Assembly (NCBI GenBank): GCA_001804415.1
Contig: MHGA01000041.1
Span: 1-59,925, forward strand
Origin: Candidatus Aquivivens invisus
GTDB lineage: Bacteria > Omnitrophota > Gorgyraeia > Aquiviventales > Aquiviventaceae
Reading direction: 5' to 3'
Length of the DNA stretch: 59,925 bases
Shown piece after piece: positions 37,968 through 51,294 of this stretch. Each line of letters opens with the position of its first letter. Within the stretch, counting starts at the first letter, position 1. The notes below the pieces were generated by a model. The model worked only from the letters and a program-made list of their open reading frames with translations. It did not search any database and was not told where the DNA came from. The translations under genes were made by a program, and so were the position numbers.

Positions 37968-39455
37968 TTACTTCCAATTTTCCATCAGCCTCACGAGCAA
38001 GCGCACACCAATCCCCACCGCCCCTTTCGGAACGTAGGGCTTGTCCTTCTCGGTCCAGGCGGTGCCGGCGATGTCAAGATGAGCCCATGACTTCAAGCCC
38101 TCCGTGAACTCCTCAAGGAATTTCGCGGCGGTGATCGTCCCGGCCTCGCCGGTGTTCGTCACGTTGCGCAAATCCGCGATATCGGATTTCATGGCGGGCC
38201 CATACTCATCCCACAGCGGCAGCCGCCACACCCGTTCATGCGTCGCGTGTCCCGCCTGATTCAACCGTGCGGCCAACCGTTCGTCCTTGGTCATCAGCCC
38301 GATCGCCTCACTGCCCAGCGCGACGACGCACGCGCCGGTCAGCGTGGCGAGATCCACCGTGCAATTCGGCTGATACCGCTTGGCATAATGGAGACAGTCG
38401 GATAAGACCAGCCGCCCCTCGGCATCGGTATTGAGCACCTCCACGGTCTTGCCGGAAAGCGTCGTGATGACATCGCCGGGTTTTTGGGCCGTCCCGGAAG
38501 GCATATTCTCGGCCGCGGCCACAATCCCCACCACCCGATACGGCAGCTTCAAGCGCGCGGCCGCTTGCAGGGTCCCGAACACCGCGGCCGCCCCCGACAT
38601 GTCGTACTTCATCTGCTCCATCTTGGCCGCGGGCTTCAGGCTCAGGCCGCCGGAATCAAAGGTAACCCCCTTCCCACAGAAGGCGAAGGTGGCCCTCGCC
38701 CTCGGCGGCGCGTAGTCCAGGACGATAAATTGCGCGGGATGTGGACTGCCCTGCGCCACCCCGACGATCCCGCCAAAACCCATCCGCTTGAGCCGGGCAA
38801 ACGGGACCACGACACATTTCAGCCGGTGCCGTTTGGCCATGGCGCGGGCTTGATTCGCCAGGTGCGTGGGCGTCACAAGATTAGATGGGCCGTTGATGAG
38901 ATCGCGCGCAAGCAAAACGGCCTCGACCACCGCCTCGGCCCGCTCCACCCCTCGCCTGGACTCGGCCGCCTCACGGCTCCTCTCAGCGACGAGCGTGATC
39001 GTGTCAATCCGCTTGGTCTTCTCGTGCTTGGGAACCTGCTTCAACTGATCGTACCGATAGAGCCCAAGCAGCGCCCCCTCGATGAGCGCCTGCGAGACCG
39101 CACCGGCCTGACCAATCGCCCGTTCCCGAAGGACTGGCAGCACCAGGTGCTTGAATCCTCGCGCCCGCACGGCTTTCGCGGCGGTACCCGCCAACTGGCG
39201 TACCCGGTCTAAGGAGAGGTCGTCGGCCTTGCCAAGCCCCACGACCACCACCCAGCTGCGCCCTTTCGGCAGCATCAGGGTTTCATTGGCGGCCCCGCGG
39301 AATCCGCAACGGCCCACCAGCTGAATGAAAGCGCGATCGCGCGCCGCGTAAGACGGCAGCACACGATCCGGACGCTGCTCGCCTTCCCATGCGGCATACA
39401 CCGCGACCCCACCACGGACCTGTCCCACCTGACCGACCTTGACTTGGAGACGCAT
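37968..39455 (-). CDS. pepA: Leucyl aminopeptidase (M17)
   Basis: GKGVTFDSGG, MKYDMSG, NTDAEGRL and HLDIAG motifs. Confidence 0.95.
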   Translation of the reverse strand: MRLQVKVGQVGQVRGGVAVYAAWEGEQRPDRVLPSYAARDRAFIQLVGRCGFRGAANETLMLPKGRSWVVVVGLGKADDLSLDRVRQLAGTAAKAVRARGFKHLVLPVLRERAIGQAGAVSQALIEGALLGLYRYDQLKQVPKHEKTKRIDTITLVAERSREAAESRRGVERAEAVVEAVLLARDLINGPSNLVTPTHLANQARAMAKRHRLKCVVVPFARLKRMGFGGIVGVAQGSPHPAQFIVLDYAPPRARATFAFCGKGVTFDSGGLSLKPAAKMEQMKYDMSGAAAVFGTLQAAARLKLPYRVVGIVAAAENMPSGTAQKPGDVITTLSGKTVEVLNTDAEGRLVLSDCLHYAKRYQPNCTVDLATLTGACVVALGSEAIGLMTKDERLAARLNQAGHATHERVWRLPLWDEYGPAMKSDIADLRNVTNTGEAGTITAAKFLEEFTEGLKSWAHLDIAGTAWTEKDKPYVPKGAVGIGVRLLVRLMENWK

Positions 39456-39472
39456 GGAACCTCCTTGAAATG

Positions 39473-39494
39473 GACTCAAGACCCAAGACTCAAG
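39473..39494. repeat. Heptamer array (GACYCAA)n overlapping the apgM stop codon
   Basis: gactcaa gacccaa gactcaa. Confidence 0.7.
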
Positions 39495-40672
39495 AAAAAA
39501 GACATCAGCTCAAAGCCGTGCTCCAATCGCTGAGTCGATTGTTTCACCGCCGTTTCATTATACGCACAAATGGCATCTTTGCGACCCTTTGTGGCGTAGA
39601 TCGCGAAGGGCACAGCGTCCGCGACGTGCGTCCGCAGCGGCGTGCTCGTCGGATGATCGCAGACGACCATGATGCCAAACGCCCCGCGCGATTTCAACCC
39701 GTCCAGCAACGTCCCGACCACCAGTCGATCCACATCCTCGATGGCTTGGACCTTCTTCTTCGCATCGCCCATATGCCCGGCTTCATCGGTCGACTCGATG
39801 TGGACGAGCACGAGATCGCAGCCGCCGTCCAACGCCTTGAGGGCATGCTCGGCTTTGCCGCGATAGTTGGTATCGAAATAACCGGTGATGCCGGGAACCT
39901 TGACCATCTCAAACCCGGCCAGCCGTCCGATCCCCCGCACGATGTCCACTGCACTGATACATGCCGCGCGTTTTCCGTACGCCGATTGGAACGAGGGCAG
40001 CGCCGTCGCGGTGCCCTGTCCCCAAAACCACAGCATTGTCGCGGGTCGCTTGCCTTCGAGGACCCGACGCTGGTTGACCGGATGATCCTTCAGCAGCCCA
40101 ACCGAGTCACGCATCGCTTGATTCAACATGTCGGCGCCAGGGCCGGTTGGCAGATAGGCTTCAATCGGCTTGCCGAGGATGTCGTGCGGTGGCGTGCATT
40201 GGACGTCGGCGAAGTCCGGACCGTTCACCACCGCGATATGGCGGTAACTGACCCCCGCGTAAAACTGCACCCCGTTGCAGCTCAACCGTTGGCTGACGGC
40301 GTCGATGAGCTGCGCAGATTCATCAGTGGTGATGTGATCGGCGGAGTGGTCGACCATGACCCCGTCTTGCACGGTGAGGGTGTTGCACCGAAACGCCACC
40401 TGATCGGCCTTCAGCGTCACCCCCATCGCCGCGGCCTCCAGCGGCGCGCGGCCGGTGTGGTACTTCCGTGGATCGTAGCCGAAGACGCTCATGCACCCGA
40501 CGTCTGAGCCCGGCGCAAACCCCTTGGGGATCGTGTGCGCCCAGCCGGTGAGGCCTTCGCGTGCGATCCAATCCATGTTCGGATGCTTCGCCACTTCAAG
40601 TGGCGTCTTGCCGCCCAGCTCAGGGATCGGCACATCGGAGACCCCGTCCGGCAGCACGATGATATATCTCAT
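39476..40672 (-). CDS. apgM: Cofactor-independent phosphoglycerate mutase (archaeal type)
   Basis: DGVSD.P, PGSD, TGRAPLEA, H.ESTDEAGH and DHPT motifs. Confidence 0.9.
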   Translation of the reverse strand: MRYIIVLPDGVSDVPIPELGGKTPLEVAKHPNMDWIAREGLTGWAHTIPKGFAPGSDVGCMSVFGYDPRKYHTGRAPLEAAAMGVTLKADQVAFRCNTLTVQDGVMVDHSADHITTDESAQLIDAVSQRLSCNGVQFYAGVSYRHIAVVNGPDFADVQCTPPHDILGKPIEAYLPTGPGADMLNQAMRDSVGLLKDHPVNQRRVLEGKRPATMLWFWGQGTATALPSFQSAYGKRAACISAVDIVRGIGRLAGFEMVKVPGITGYFDTNYRGKAEHALKALDGGCDLVLVHIESTDEAGHMGDAKKKVQAIEDVDRLVVGTLLDGLKSRGAFGIMVVCDHPTSTPLRTHVADAVPFAIYATKGRKDAICAYNETAVKQSTQRLEHGFELMSFFLSLGS

Positions 40673-40675
40673 CTC

Positions 40676-40770
40676 TCGTGGTTCGTTAATCGGACTCGTG
40701 GCCCGTTTCGTCATTCGGACTCGTAGTTCGTCACCAAGTTTTCCACGACTAACGATCAACGAACTACGAC
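40676..40770. repeat. Degenerate inverted 6-7-mer arrays (TCGT../..ACGA)
   Basis: ttcgtta atcggac tcgtgg..ttcgtca ttcggac tcgtag ttcgtca ... acgact aacgatc aacgaac tacgac. Confidence 0.65.
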
Positions 40771-40801
40771 ACGGGCGACGGGTCCGTTGGACGACGGACG
40801 A

Positions 40802-41965
40802 TCATGTCGCGCGCACAGTCATTCGCGTGACGCGGCGCAGCTTCTCGACCACGTGCGGAATCACGTCCAGCGCCCGCCCGATCTCTTCCTCGGTGGTCAT
40901 CTCCCCCATGGTGAACACCAGCGCCCCTTGCGCTTGGCTCTCTGTCAGCCCCATCGCCTTGAGCACGTGCGACGGCCGCATCGCCTTCGCGTTGCAGGCA
41001 GAGCCGAGGCCCGCCGCAATACCCTCATGATCGAGCCCAAGCACGAGCGACTCGCTCGCCGCCCCTTCGACGCACACATGCAGGTTGTGCGGCAATCGGT
41101 TCGACCGCGACCCGTTGAGCCGAAGATTCGGGATGCGCTCGACCAATCCGTCGCGCAGCCGATCGCGCAACAGTAACGTTTGCTCAACGCGCTCAGGTAA
41201 TCGCTGTCGCGCAACGTCCGCCGCCGCACCCATCCCGACAATCGCCGCGACGTTCTCGGTGCCTGATCGACCTCCCTGTTCCTGTCCACCGCCTTCTAAG
41301 AGAGGAAGGATGCGCACGCCCTCCCGGACGTAGAGCGCCGCCGCACCCTGCGGGCCGTAGAACTGGTTTGCCGACAGGCTCAGGGCATCAACGCCAAGCT
41401 CGCGCACATCCACCGGCCAGTGGCCGACCGCCGCGATCGCATCGGCGTGGAAGAGGGCGCTGTGCTCATGCGCGATCGCCGTCAACTCCTTGATCGGCTC
41501 GATCGTCCCCACCTCGCCATTCGCGAGCATGATCGAGACCAGTACGGTGCCGGGCTTCAACGCGGATTTCAGATCGCCCGGCAAAACGCATCCTTCGCGA
41601 TCGACGGGCAGGATCGTCACCTCCGCCCCATCCATCTGCAGCCGCTTGGCGGCCAGCGTCACCGACGGATGTTCGATCGCCGAGACGATCACATGAGGTC
41701 CCTTTCGCTTGTTCGCAGCGAAAAGCCCTTTGATCGCCCAATTGTTCGCCTCCGTCCCGCAGGACGTGAAATAGACCGCTTCCGGATTCGCGCCGATCAA
41801 CGCCGCCACCTGCCTGCGCGCCCGCTCCACCCGCTCCCTCGCCTCTCTTCCTTCCTGATGGATCGAGGAAGGATTTCCGACATCGGCGAGTACAACCGCC
41901 ATCGCCTCCCGAACTTCAGGCAACATCGGTGTTGAAGCAGCGTAGTCAAGATTGATGGGCTTCAT
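40802..41965 (-). CDS. iscS: IscS/NifS-like cysteine desulfurase homologue lacking the PLP-binding lysine
   Basis: LDYAASTP, GNPSSIH, IEHPSV, RSGTEN and GSAC present; SAHKxxGPK is replaced by SANQFYGPQ. Confidence 0.85.
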   Translation of the reverse strand: MKPINLDYAASTPMLPEVREAMAVVLADVGNPSSIHQEGREARERVERARRQVAALIGANPEAVYFTSCGTEANNWAIKGLFAANKRKGPHVIVSAIEHPSVTLAAKRLQMDGAEVTILPVDREGCVLPGDLKSALKPGTVLVSIMLANGEVGTIEPIKELTAIAHEHSALFHADAIAAVGHWPVDVRELGVDALSLSANQFYGPQGAAALYVREGVRILPLLEGGGQEQGGRSGTENVAAIVGMGAAADVARQRLPERVEQTLLLRDRLRDGLVERIPNLRLNGSRSNRLPHNLHVCVEGAASESLVLGLDHEGIAAGLGSACNAKAMRPSHVLKAMGLTESQAQGALVFTMGEMTTEEEIGRALDVIPHVVEKLRRVTRMTVRAT

Positions 41966-41972
41966 CGAGCGC

Positions 41973-42236
41973 TCACCAGAGATCCTTGTAGGTGCGTTCG
42001 GAGCGACGGGTGACACGGAGAATCACGACGCGTTGATCATCATCCAGGATCGCATAGATGACGCGCCAATTACCAATGCGGACGCGATGGGTCTGCCCCT
42101 CGAGTTTTTTCACCCCCATCGGCCTCGGCTGATCCCGCAGCGACCAGATGACCGGATCAACATGTTGAAAGACGTCGTGGGGCAGGCGGCCTAATTCGCG
42201 CTTCGCCTTCGGGTGAAGGACAACGGTGTAGCTCAC
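41973..42236 (-). CDS. RelE/ParE family toxin
   Basis: PRP.GVKKL.G, R.RIGNWRVIY and terminal R.E..Y motifs. Confidence 0.9.
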   Translation of the reverse strand: MSYTVVLHPKAKRELGRLPHDVFQHVDPVIWSLRDQPRPMGVKKLEGQTHRVRIGNWRVIYAILDDDQRVVILRVTRRSERTYKDLW

Positions 42237-42239
42237 TGC

Positions 42240-42470
42240 TTACCGTTTGGCTCGCTGCGTTCGATACTCAGCATAGGACGTCACACGTTCAGGATGCCGC
42301 AGATACTCACTCAACCGCTGGCGTCCAATCCGTAGGTCGGCCATGTCTTCTCGATAGAGCGCCTCAACCGCTTCCCGAATCAGAGCGGCCAACGAGGTGT
42401 GCTGCTCAACAGCCAGGTGTTTCAGGCGGCGGTGCACCTCGTCCTGGAGATAGACCATCGTGCGTGTCAT
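42240..42470 (-). CDS. Ribbon-helix-helix (CopG-like) antitoxin
   Basis: RTMVYL....H..LK.LA.....SLA.LIREAV; directly upstream of the toxin. Confidence 0.85.
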   Translation of the reverse strand: MTRTMVYLQDEVHRRLKHLAVEQHTSLAALIREAVEALYREDMADLRIGRQRLSEYLRHPERVTSYAEYRTQRAKR

Positions 42471-42487
42471 TGTCCCCTCCTAGACCA

Positions 42488-42516
42488 ACTATAGCATAAT
42501 AGCATAATGATGTCAA
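42488..42516 (-). promoter_or_regulatory. Sigma70 promoter with overlapping direct-repeat operator
   Basis: TTGACA-17 bp-TATAGT; TAGCATAA repeated twice in the spacer. Confidence 0.8.
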
Positions 42517-42529
42517 AACATCCTTCTCG

Positions 42530-42802
42530 TTATTTCAGATATTCCTCCAACGGAATGGCGGGGAGGGTTTCGGCGCTGAGCCCGAGCTCATCGAACAGCT
42601 CGGAGCTGAGCTGAGCGATGGCTTTGTCGTTCGGGGCCTCGATGATGGACACCAAGTCGTAGCGCCCAAGGGTGATGTAGGCCTGGTGAAGCTTGGCGCC
42701 GCGCTTCGCGATGATCGCCTTCGCCTTCTCCAAGCGTTGCTTCGCGTCTTCACCGAGCGAATGCTTCTCCGTAAACTTCACCAATCTGACGTACAGCGCC
42801 AT
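42530..42802 (-). CDS. GYD domain protein
   Basis: Y..LVKFT, Y.TLGRYDLV.I.EAP and ETL.A motifs. Confidence 0.85.
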   Translation of the reverse strand: MALYVRLVKFTEKHSLGEDAKQRLEKAKAIIAKRGAKLHQAYITLGRYDLVSIIEAPNDKAIAQLSSELFDELGLSAETLPAIPLEEYLK

Positions 42803-42830
42803 CGTTCACCTCCCGTGCTCCCGGTCCTTT

Positions 42831-42906
42831 AACGCGCGAACCCGCCAACTCGCAAGCCCGCCAACTCAAGCATTCACTTGTCGCTTGTCGCTTGTCGCTT
42901 GTCGCT
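42831..42906. repeat. Adjacent octamer (AACYCGC-like) and heptamer (CTTGTCG)4 arrays
   Basis: aacgcgcg aacccgcc aactcgca ...; cttgtcg x4, translated as the DUF971 C-terminus SDKRQATSDK. Confidence 0.8.
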
Positions 42907-43212
42907 GCAACAAGGGCACACCTTGCGCAGATAATCGAACGCGTAGATGCCGGTGTGGTGGCCGTCGCTCCAACGGATGGTGACCGCGTAGCGACCCACT
43001 TGCTCAATCTTCAGGGGGTGGACGTCTTGCGGGACGCTGGAGGCGATCAGTCGCAGTGCGCCAGTCACTTCGTCGAGGCACCCAGCGCATGGGCATTTCA
43101 GCCGCAGCTCCCTCGCGGGATACACGCTCTCATGCCCATCCTGCCATCGAATCTTGACGTCGCGCTCACCGGCTCGTGTGATTTCAACTGGGATCGCTTG
43201 AGTATTAGACAT
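42874..43212 (-). CDS. DUF971 (GBBH-like N-terminal) domain protein
   Basis: W.DGHES.Y...LR..CPCAGC and VG.YA....WSDGH.TGIY motifs. Confidence 0.88.
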   Translation of the reverse strand: MSNTQAIPVEITRAGERDVKIRWQDGHESVYPARELRLKCPCAGCLDEVTGALRLIASSVPQDVHPLKIEQVGRYAVTIRWSDGHHTGIYAFDYLRKVCPCCSDKRQATSDK

Positions 43213-43227
43213 CTCGTGTCTCAGGTC

Positions 43228-44019
43228 TCAAAAGGTCACCTTCACCTGCGCGCCTTGCTGCGCGCGCAGGCCGGCTTGGGCGGCGAGGTGCGAGGCGACG
43301 GCGGTGAAGGCCTTGGCCCCTGGCGACTCCGGTTGGGAGAGGACGATCGGCTTACCTTCGTCGGAGGCGACGCGGATCGGGGTGCTGAGCGGAATCTCAC
43401 CGAGAAACGGGATCGCCATCCGCTCGGCGGTCTTGCGCGCCCCCCCGACCCCGAAGATCTCCTCGCGCTGCCCGCAGCGCGGGCAGACGTAGTGGCTCAT
43501 GTTCTCGATGATGCCCAGGATCGGGGCATTGAGCTTCTTGAACATGGCGATGGCCCGCTGGGCCACGTTGAGTGCGATGTCCTGCGGGGTGGAGACGATC
43601 ACCACGCCGGTGAGGGGAATCGATTGGCACAGTGACAGCGTCACGTCTCCCGTGCCGGGCGGGGTATCGATGATGAGATAGTCGAGGTCGCCCCAGGCCA
43701 CACCGGTCAGAAATTGCTGCACGGTTTTGTGGAGCATCGGACCGCGCCAAATGGCCGCCTCGCCCGGTTTCATGAAAAATCCCATCGAGACGACCTTGAG
43801 GCCATGCTGCTCAACCGGTTTGATGCGATTGGAGGCATCCACCTCAGGTGGCTTTGTGATGCCGAGCATCGTCGGGATGCTGGGGCCGTAGACGTCCGCG
43901 TCCATCAGCCCGACCGCCGCACCGGTCTTGGCTAACGCCAGGGCGAGATTCGCGCTGACGGTCGATTTCCCGACGCCGCCTTTGCCGCTGGCGATCGGGA
44001 TGATGTATTGCGTGGCCAT
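43228..44019 (-). CDS. mrp: Mrp/ApbC/NBP35 Fe-S cluster carrier ATPase
   Basis: SGKGGVGKST, DADVYGPS, WRGPM, DTPPGTGD and ENMS..CP.C motifs. Confidence 0.95.
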   Translation of the reverse strand: MATQYIIPIASGKGGVGKSTVSANLALALAKTGAAVGLMDADVYGPSIPTMLGITKPPEVDASNRIKPVEQHGLKVVSMGFFMKPGEAAIWRGPMLHKTVQQFLTGVAWGDLDYLIIDTPPGTGDVTLSLCQSIPLTGVVIVSTPQDIALNVAQRAIAMFKKLNAPILGIIENMSHYVCPRCGQREEIFGVGGARKTAERMAIPFLGEIPLSTPIRVASDEGKPIVLSQPESPGAKAFTAVASHLAAQAGLRAQQGAQVKVTF

Positions 44020-44061
44020 GGGAACCTTTGGCGAAAGGTTTTCAATCTGTGTAATCCGTGT

Positions 44062-48561
<4,500 letters not shown>

Positions 48562-48614
48562 CGGCACTCCAACCGTTTATTGTACTTCGTCCGGTGGGCC
48601 GATGCACACAAAAA

Positions 48615-49013
48615 TCAGGCGGGTCCAGGGGCGCGCGGCCGTTCTCGCGTGCTGCCCAAGAGTTCTTGGATTTTCTTCAGGAGGTGATCAAAGATCACCG
48701 GCTTGGCCAGGAAGTAGTCGCCTTGCTCGAAGCTCCGCGGCGGCCCCTCGACATCCACCAGGGCGCTGAGGATAATCACGGGGATGCCCTTCAGGCGCTC
48801 GTCGCCCTTGAGCCGCTGGATGAACCGCCAGCCGTCCATGTCCGGCATCATCAAATCCACGACCGCCAGATCAGGCGGCTGCCGCTGCGCGTGCTGCCAG
48901 CCGTTCACCCCGTCGGCGGCGAGCGTCACCTCATAGCCGGCGGCTTGAAGCCGCTGCTGAAGCGACTGGGCGGCTTTCGCCTCGTCCTCCACGATCAGGA
49001 TGCGTTTCGCCAT
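48615..49013 (-). CDS. Single-domain response regulator receiver
   Basis: ILIVEDE, PDLAVVDLMMP, ILSA and LAKP motifs. Confidence 0.9.
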   Translation of the reverse strand: MAKRILIVEDEAKAAQSLQQRLQAAGYEVTLAADGVNGWQHAQRQPPDLAVVDLMMPDMDGWRFIQRLKGDERLKGIPVIILSALVDVEGPPRSFEQGDYFLAKPVIFDHLLKKIQELLGSTRERPRAPGPA

Positions 49014-49029
49014 CGACCCGCCGAACGGC

Positions 49030-49662
49030 TCAGCCCTTGAGCCCGGAGTCGGTCTGCTCCACCAACGCCAGCGAGCTGTGGCCGTTGGGCCGGTCGTAGC
49101 GGATCGCCCCGCGTGAGCGGTTGACGCTCGCCCGCGCGGTCTCGGCTTTCCGGTATTCCATGCCTTCCGGCAGCACCACCTGGATGCGGTGGTTGCCGCC
49201 GGTGGCGATGTTCCGGATCGGCTCGCTCACCGTCTCCAAGATCCCCGGAATCTCCACCCGCCCGGTCCGCTTGTCCACGTCGATCTCAAACCGGATCGGC
49301 ACAAACTGCGGCTCATGCACGGTGGTCACGAGGCTGGCCACGACCTCAAACCAGGGATTGCCCGCTTTCCCGCTGAGGATCGTCAGCAGGGCCTCGCGTT
49401 GCGGCGGGGTGGCGCGCTCGTCGATGAACGGCTGCAAGGTCCCGTGGCCCTCGTGCAGCGGACCCGGCCAGTGGTAGGTCACCACGAATCGCAGGCCCGA
49501 GAGCGGGGTTGGGCCGTAGGCTCCCTCCTGGATGTGCATCCCCAGCATGCCCTCGCAAAAGGTCTGGGTGGGCTTGGCCCAGAAGTCGCACGGACAACCG
49601 GGGTCGCAACTGCAGTTTTTCAGCCACGTACCTTTCAATTTCCACGTCACGCGTTCAGCCAT
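49030..49662 (-). CDS. DUF1326 domain protein
   Basis: W.LKG....NCSC...CPC...PT...C.G and IDERA..QREAL..I..G motifs. Confidence 0.8.
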   Translation of the reverse strand: MAERVTWKLKGTWLKNCSCDPGCPCDFWAKPTQTFCEGMLGMHIQEGAYGPTPLSGLRFVVTYHWPGPLHEGHGTLQPFIDERATPPQREALLTILSGKAGNPWFEVVASLVTTVHEPQFVPIRFEIDVDKRTGRVEIPGILETVSEPIRNIATGGNHRIQVVLPEGMEYRKAETARASVNRSRGAIRYDRPNGHSSLALVEQTDSGLKG

Positions 49663-50419
49663 GTCGGCCTCCTCCACTCATCACCATCCCCGCCCCCACA
49701 AGCAGCAAGACCACGCCCACCACCCGATGCACCCAACGGCCGGGCGGCAACAGTTTCTCCACCAACACCACGCCCGCCAACGCCGCGACCCACACCAGGT
49801 TCATGACGCCGGCGGCGAAGAGCAGCGCCATCAACAGCGCGCAACACCCGATGCAATAGCCGCCATACCGGATCCCCATCACCAGCGCCCCGACGAAACC
49901 GTCCCGCCATTCCCCAAGCAGGAAGTCCAGCGGCGAGGCGCAGCGCCGCAGGCAGGCGGTCTTGACGGGCGTCCACTGGTACGCGCCGGCCAGCAGTAAC
50001 AGCGCGCCGCCGGCCAGCGGCCCGACGCTCAGCGACACCGGCGACATCAGGGCGCTTGCATGCAGCGCCCACTGCAACCCGGTGGCCGCCAGCGAGAAGG
50101 CCGCCCAGGCCAGCAGGTAGCCGCCGAAGAACAGGCCCGTCGGAATCACCGGCGTGCCGGTCTGCGCGCGGTTGCGGTTGACCTGCGCGAAGATCAGCGC
50201 CATCGGTGTCGCCGAGGGGATCATCATCGCCGCCATCATGACCACCCACATCGCGAACGTCATCCAGGCGTAGCCCACCGACCAGGAGACAGTCGCCATC
50301 TCCATCCCGGCCATCCGGAACAGATAGACCCACGACAGCAGGCACAGGGCGCCCACGGCGCCGAGGATCAGCAGCCGGTCGCGCCGCGCCAGGGTCATGG
50401 TGAGGGTCTGGGTGCTCAT
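49655..50419 (-). CDS. DUF2182 predicted metal-binding membrane protein
   Basis: MW.VMMAAMM.PS, YQ.TP.K.ACL..C..P, CIGCC..LM..LF..GVMN and EKL motifs. Confidence 0.88.
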   Translation of the reverse strand: MSTQTLTMTLARRDRLLILGAVGALCLLSWVYLFRMAGMEMATVSWSVGYAWMTFAMWVVMMAAMMIPSATPMALIFAQVNRNRAQTGTPVIPTGLFFGGYLLAWAAFSLAATGLQWALHASALMSPVSLSVGPLAGGALLLLAGAYQWTPVKTACLRRCASPLDFLLGEWRDGFVGALVMGIRYGGYCIGCCALLMALLFAAGVMNLVWVAALAGVVLVEKLLPPGRWVHRVVGVVLLLVGAGMVMSGGGRHG

Positions 50420-50472
50420 CGCGCGCTGTGAGTCTACTCCCAAAGCCTGCCGCCGGTCAAGCGGGCGGGGGA

Positions 50473-50991
50473 CTAGTCAGGACGCCTCCGGCTTTCCAGA
50501 TGCTTCCGGTAGGCCTCGGTGATCTGCTGTGCGTCGCGGGTCGACAGGATCGCCTTGCCGGAGCTGGCGCGGGGGTGAGGGCGGCGCATGCTCGCCGGCC
50601 GGGCCTGCGCGTAGAAGGCCTGCACGGACACGACGCGGGCGCCGAAGGCGCGGGCGTTATTGAAGACTTCGTTGTCGTTCGACACCACGACGCATCGGCT
50701 GCCGGCGCTCTGGGATTCGATCAAGCGCAAAATCCGTTCGTCCGCTTCTTGCGGCCTCTGCGTGAAGCACACCGTCACCCTCTCGTCCTGCGGCGCCGGT
50801 GAGCCGAACGCGTGGACGTCCCTCCCGTCAAACACCACATAGAGACGCCCGATGTCCCCGCGCCGCGCCCGATACTCCCGGCAGAGGCGCACCAGCGCCT
50901 CGCGCGCCGATTGCAAGCTGCGATCCAGGTGCCGTGCCAGCTCCGGCACCGCATGGATCACGTTATAGCCGTCAAGGATGAGGGTGGTCAT
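50473..50991 (-). CDS. NYN domain (YacP/Rae1-like) ribonuclease
   Basis: ILDGYNVIH, VVFDG, ADE.I and VVSND motifs. Confidence 0.85.
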   Translation of the reverse strand: MTTLILDGYNVIHAVPELARHLDRSLQSAREALVRLCREYRARRGDIGRLYVVFDGRDVHAFGSPAPQDERVTVCFTQRPQEADERILRLIESQSAGSRCVVVSNDNEVFNNARAFGARVVSVQAFYAQARPASMRRPHPRASSGKAILSTRDAQQITEAYRKHLESRRRPD

Positions 50992-51036
50992 GTGCGCGGC
51001 CGCCGCCTCTCATCCGTGGAAGGCCCCGAACGGCTC

Positions 51037-51177
51037 TCAGATGACCGGAGGCTGCGCGGGCGGTTCGACGCTCTGCTGTTTCTTTCTCTCCAGCTTGCGC
51101 AGCCGTTTCGCTTCTTGCTTTTGTTTCCTTTCCAAATCCCTCTTCCGCTTTTCAAACTGGTAGTTCACATAGGCCAT
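51037..51177 (-). CDS. 46-aa basic small protein (below the ORF-track cutoff)
   Basis: AGGAGG RBS; MAYVNYQFEKRKRDLERKQKQEAKRLRKLERKKQQSVEPPAQPPVI. Confidence 0.7.
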   Translation of the reverse strand: MAYVNYQFEKRKRDLERKQKQEAKRLRKLERKKQQSVEPPAQPPVI

Positions 51178-51240
51178 GGGGCCTCCTTTCTATGACGATC
51201 GCCTCTCGTGCCACTGGCTGTAGCCTGTCCCCGCAATGCC

Positions 51241-51281
51241 CATGATTGTACTCTGCCCGTCCCTCGCGGTCTACCGCAGGC
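51241..51281 (-). repeat. Direct repeat P1, containing a promoter-like TAGACC-17 bp-TACAAT
   Basis: 35/41 identical to 54179-54219. Confidence 0.8.
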
Positions 51282-51294
51282 AGCGCCGAACGTC

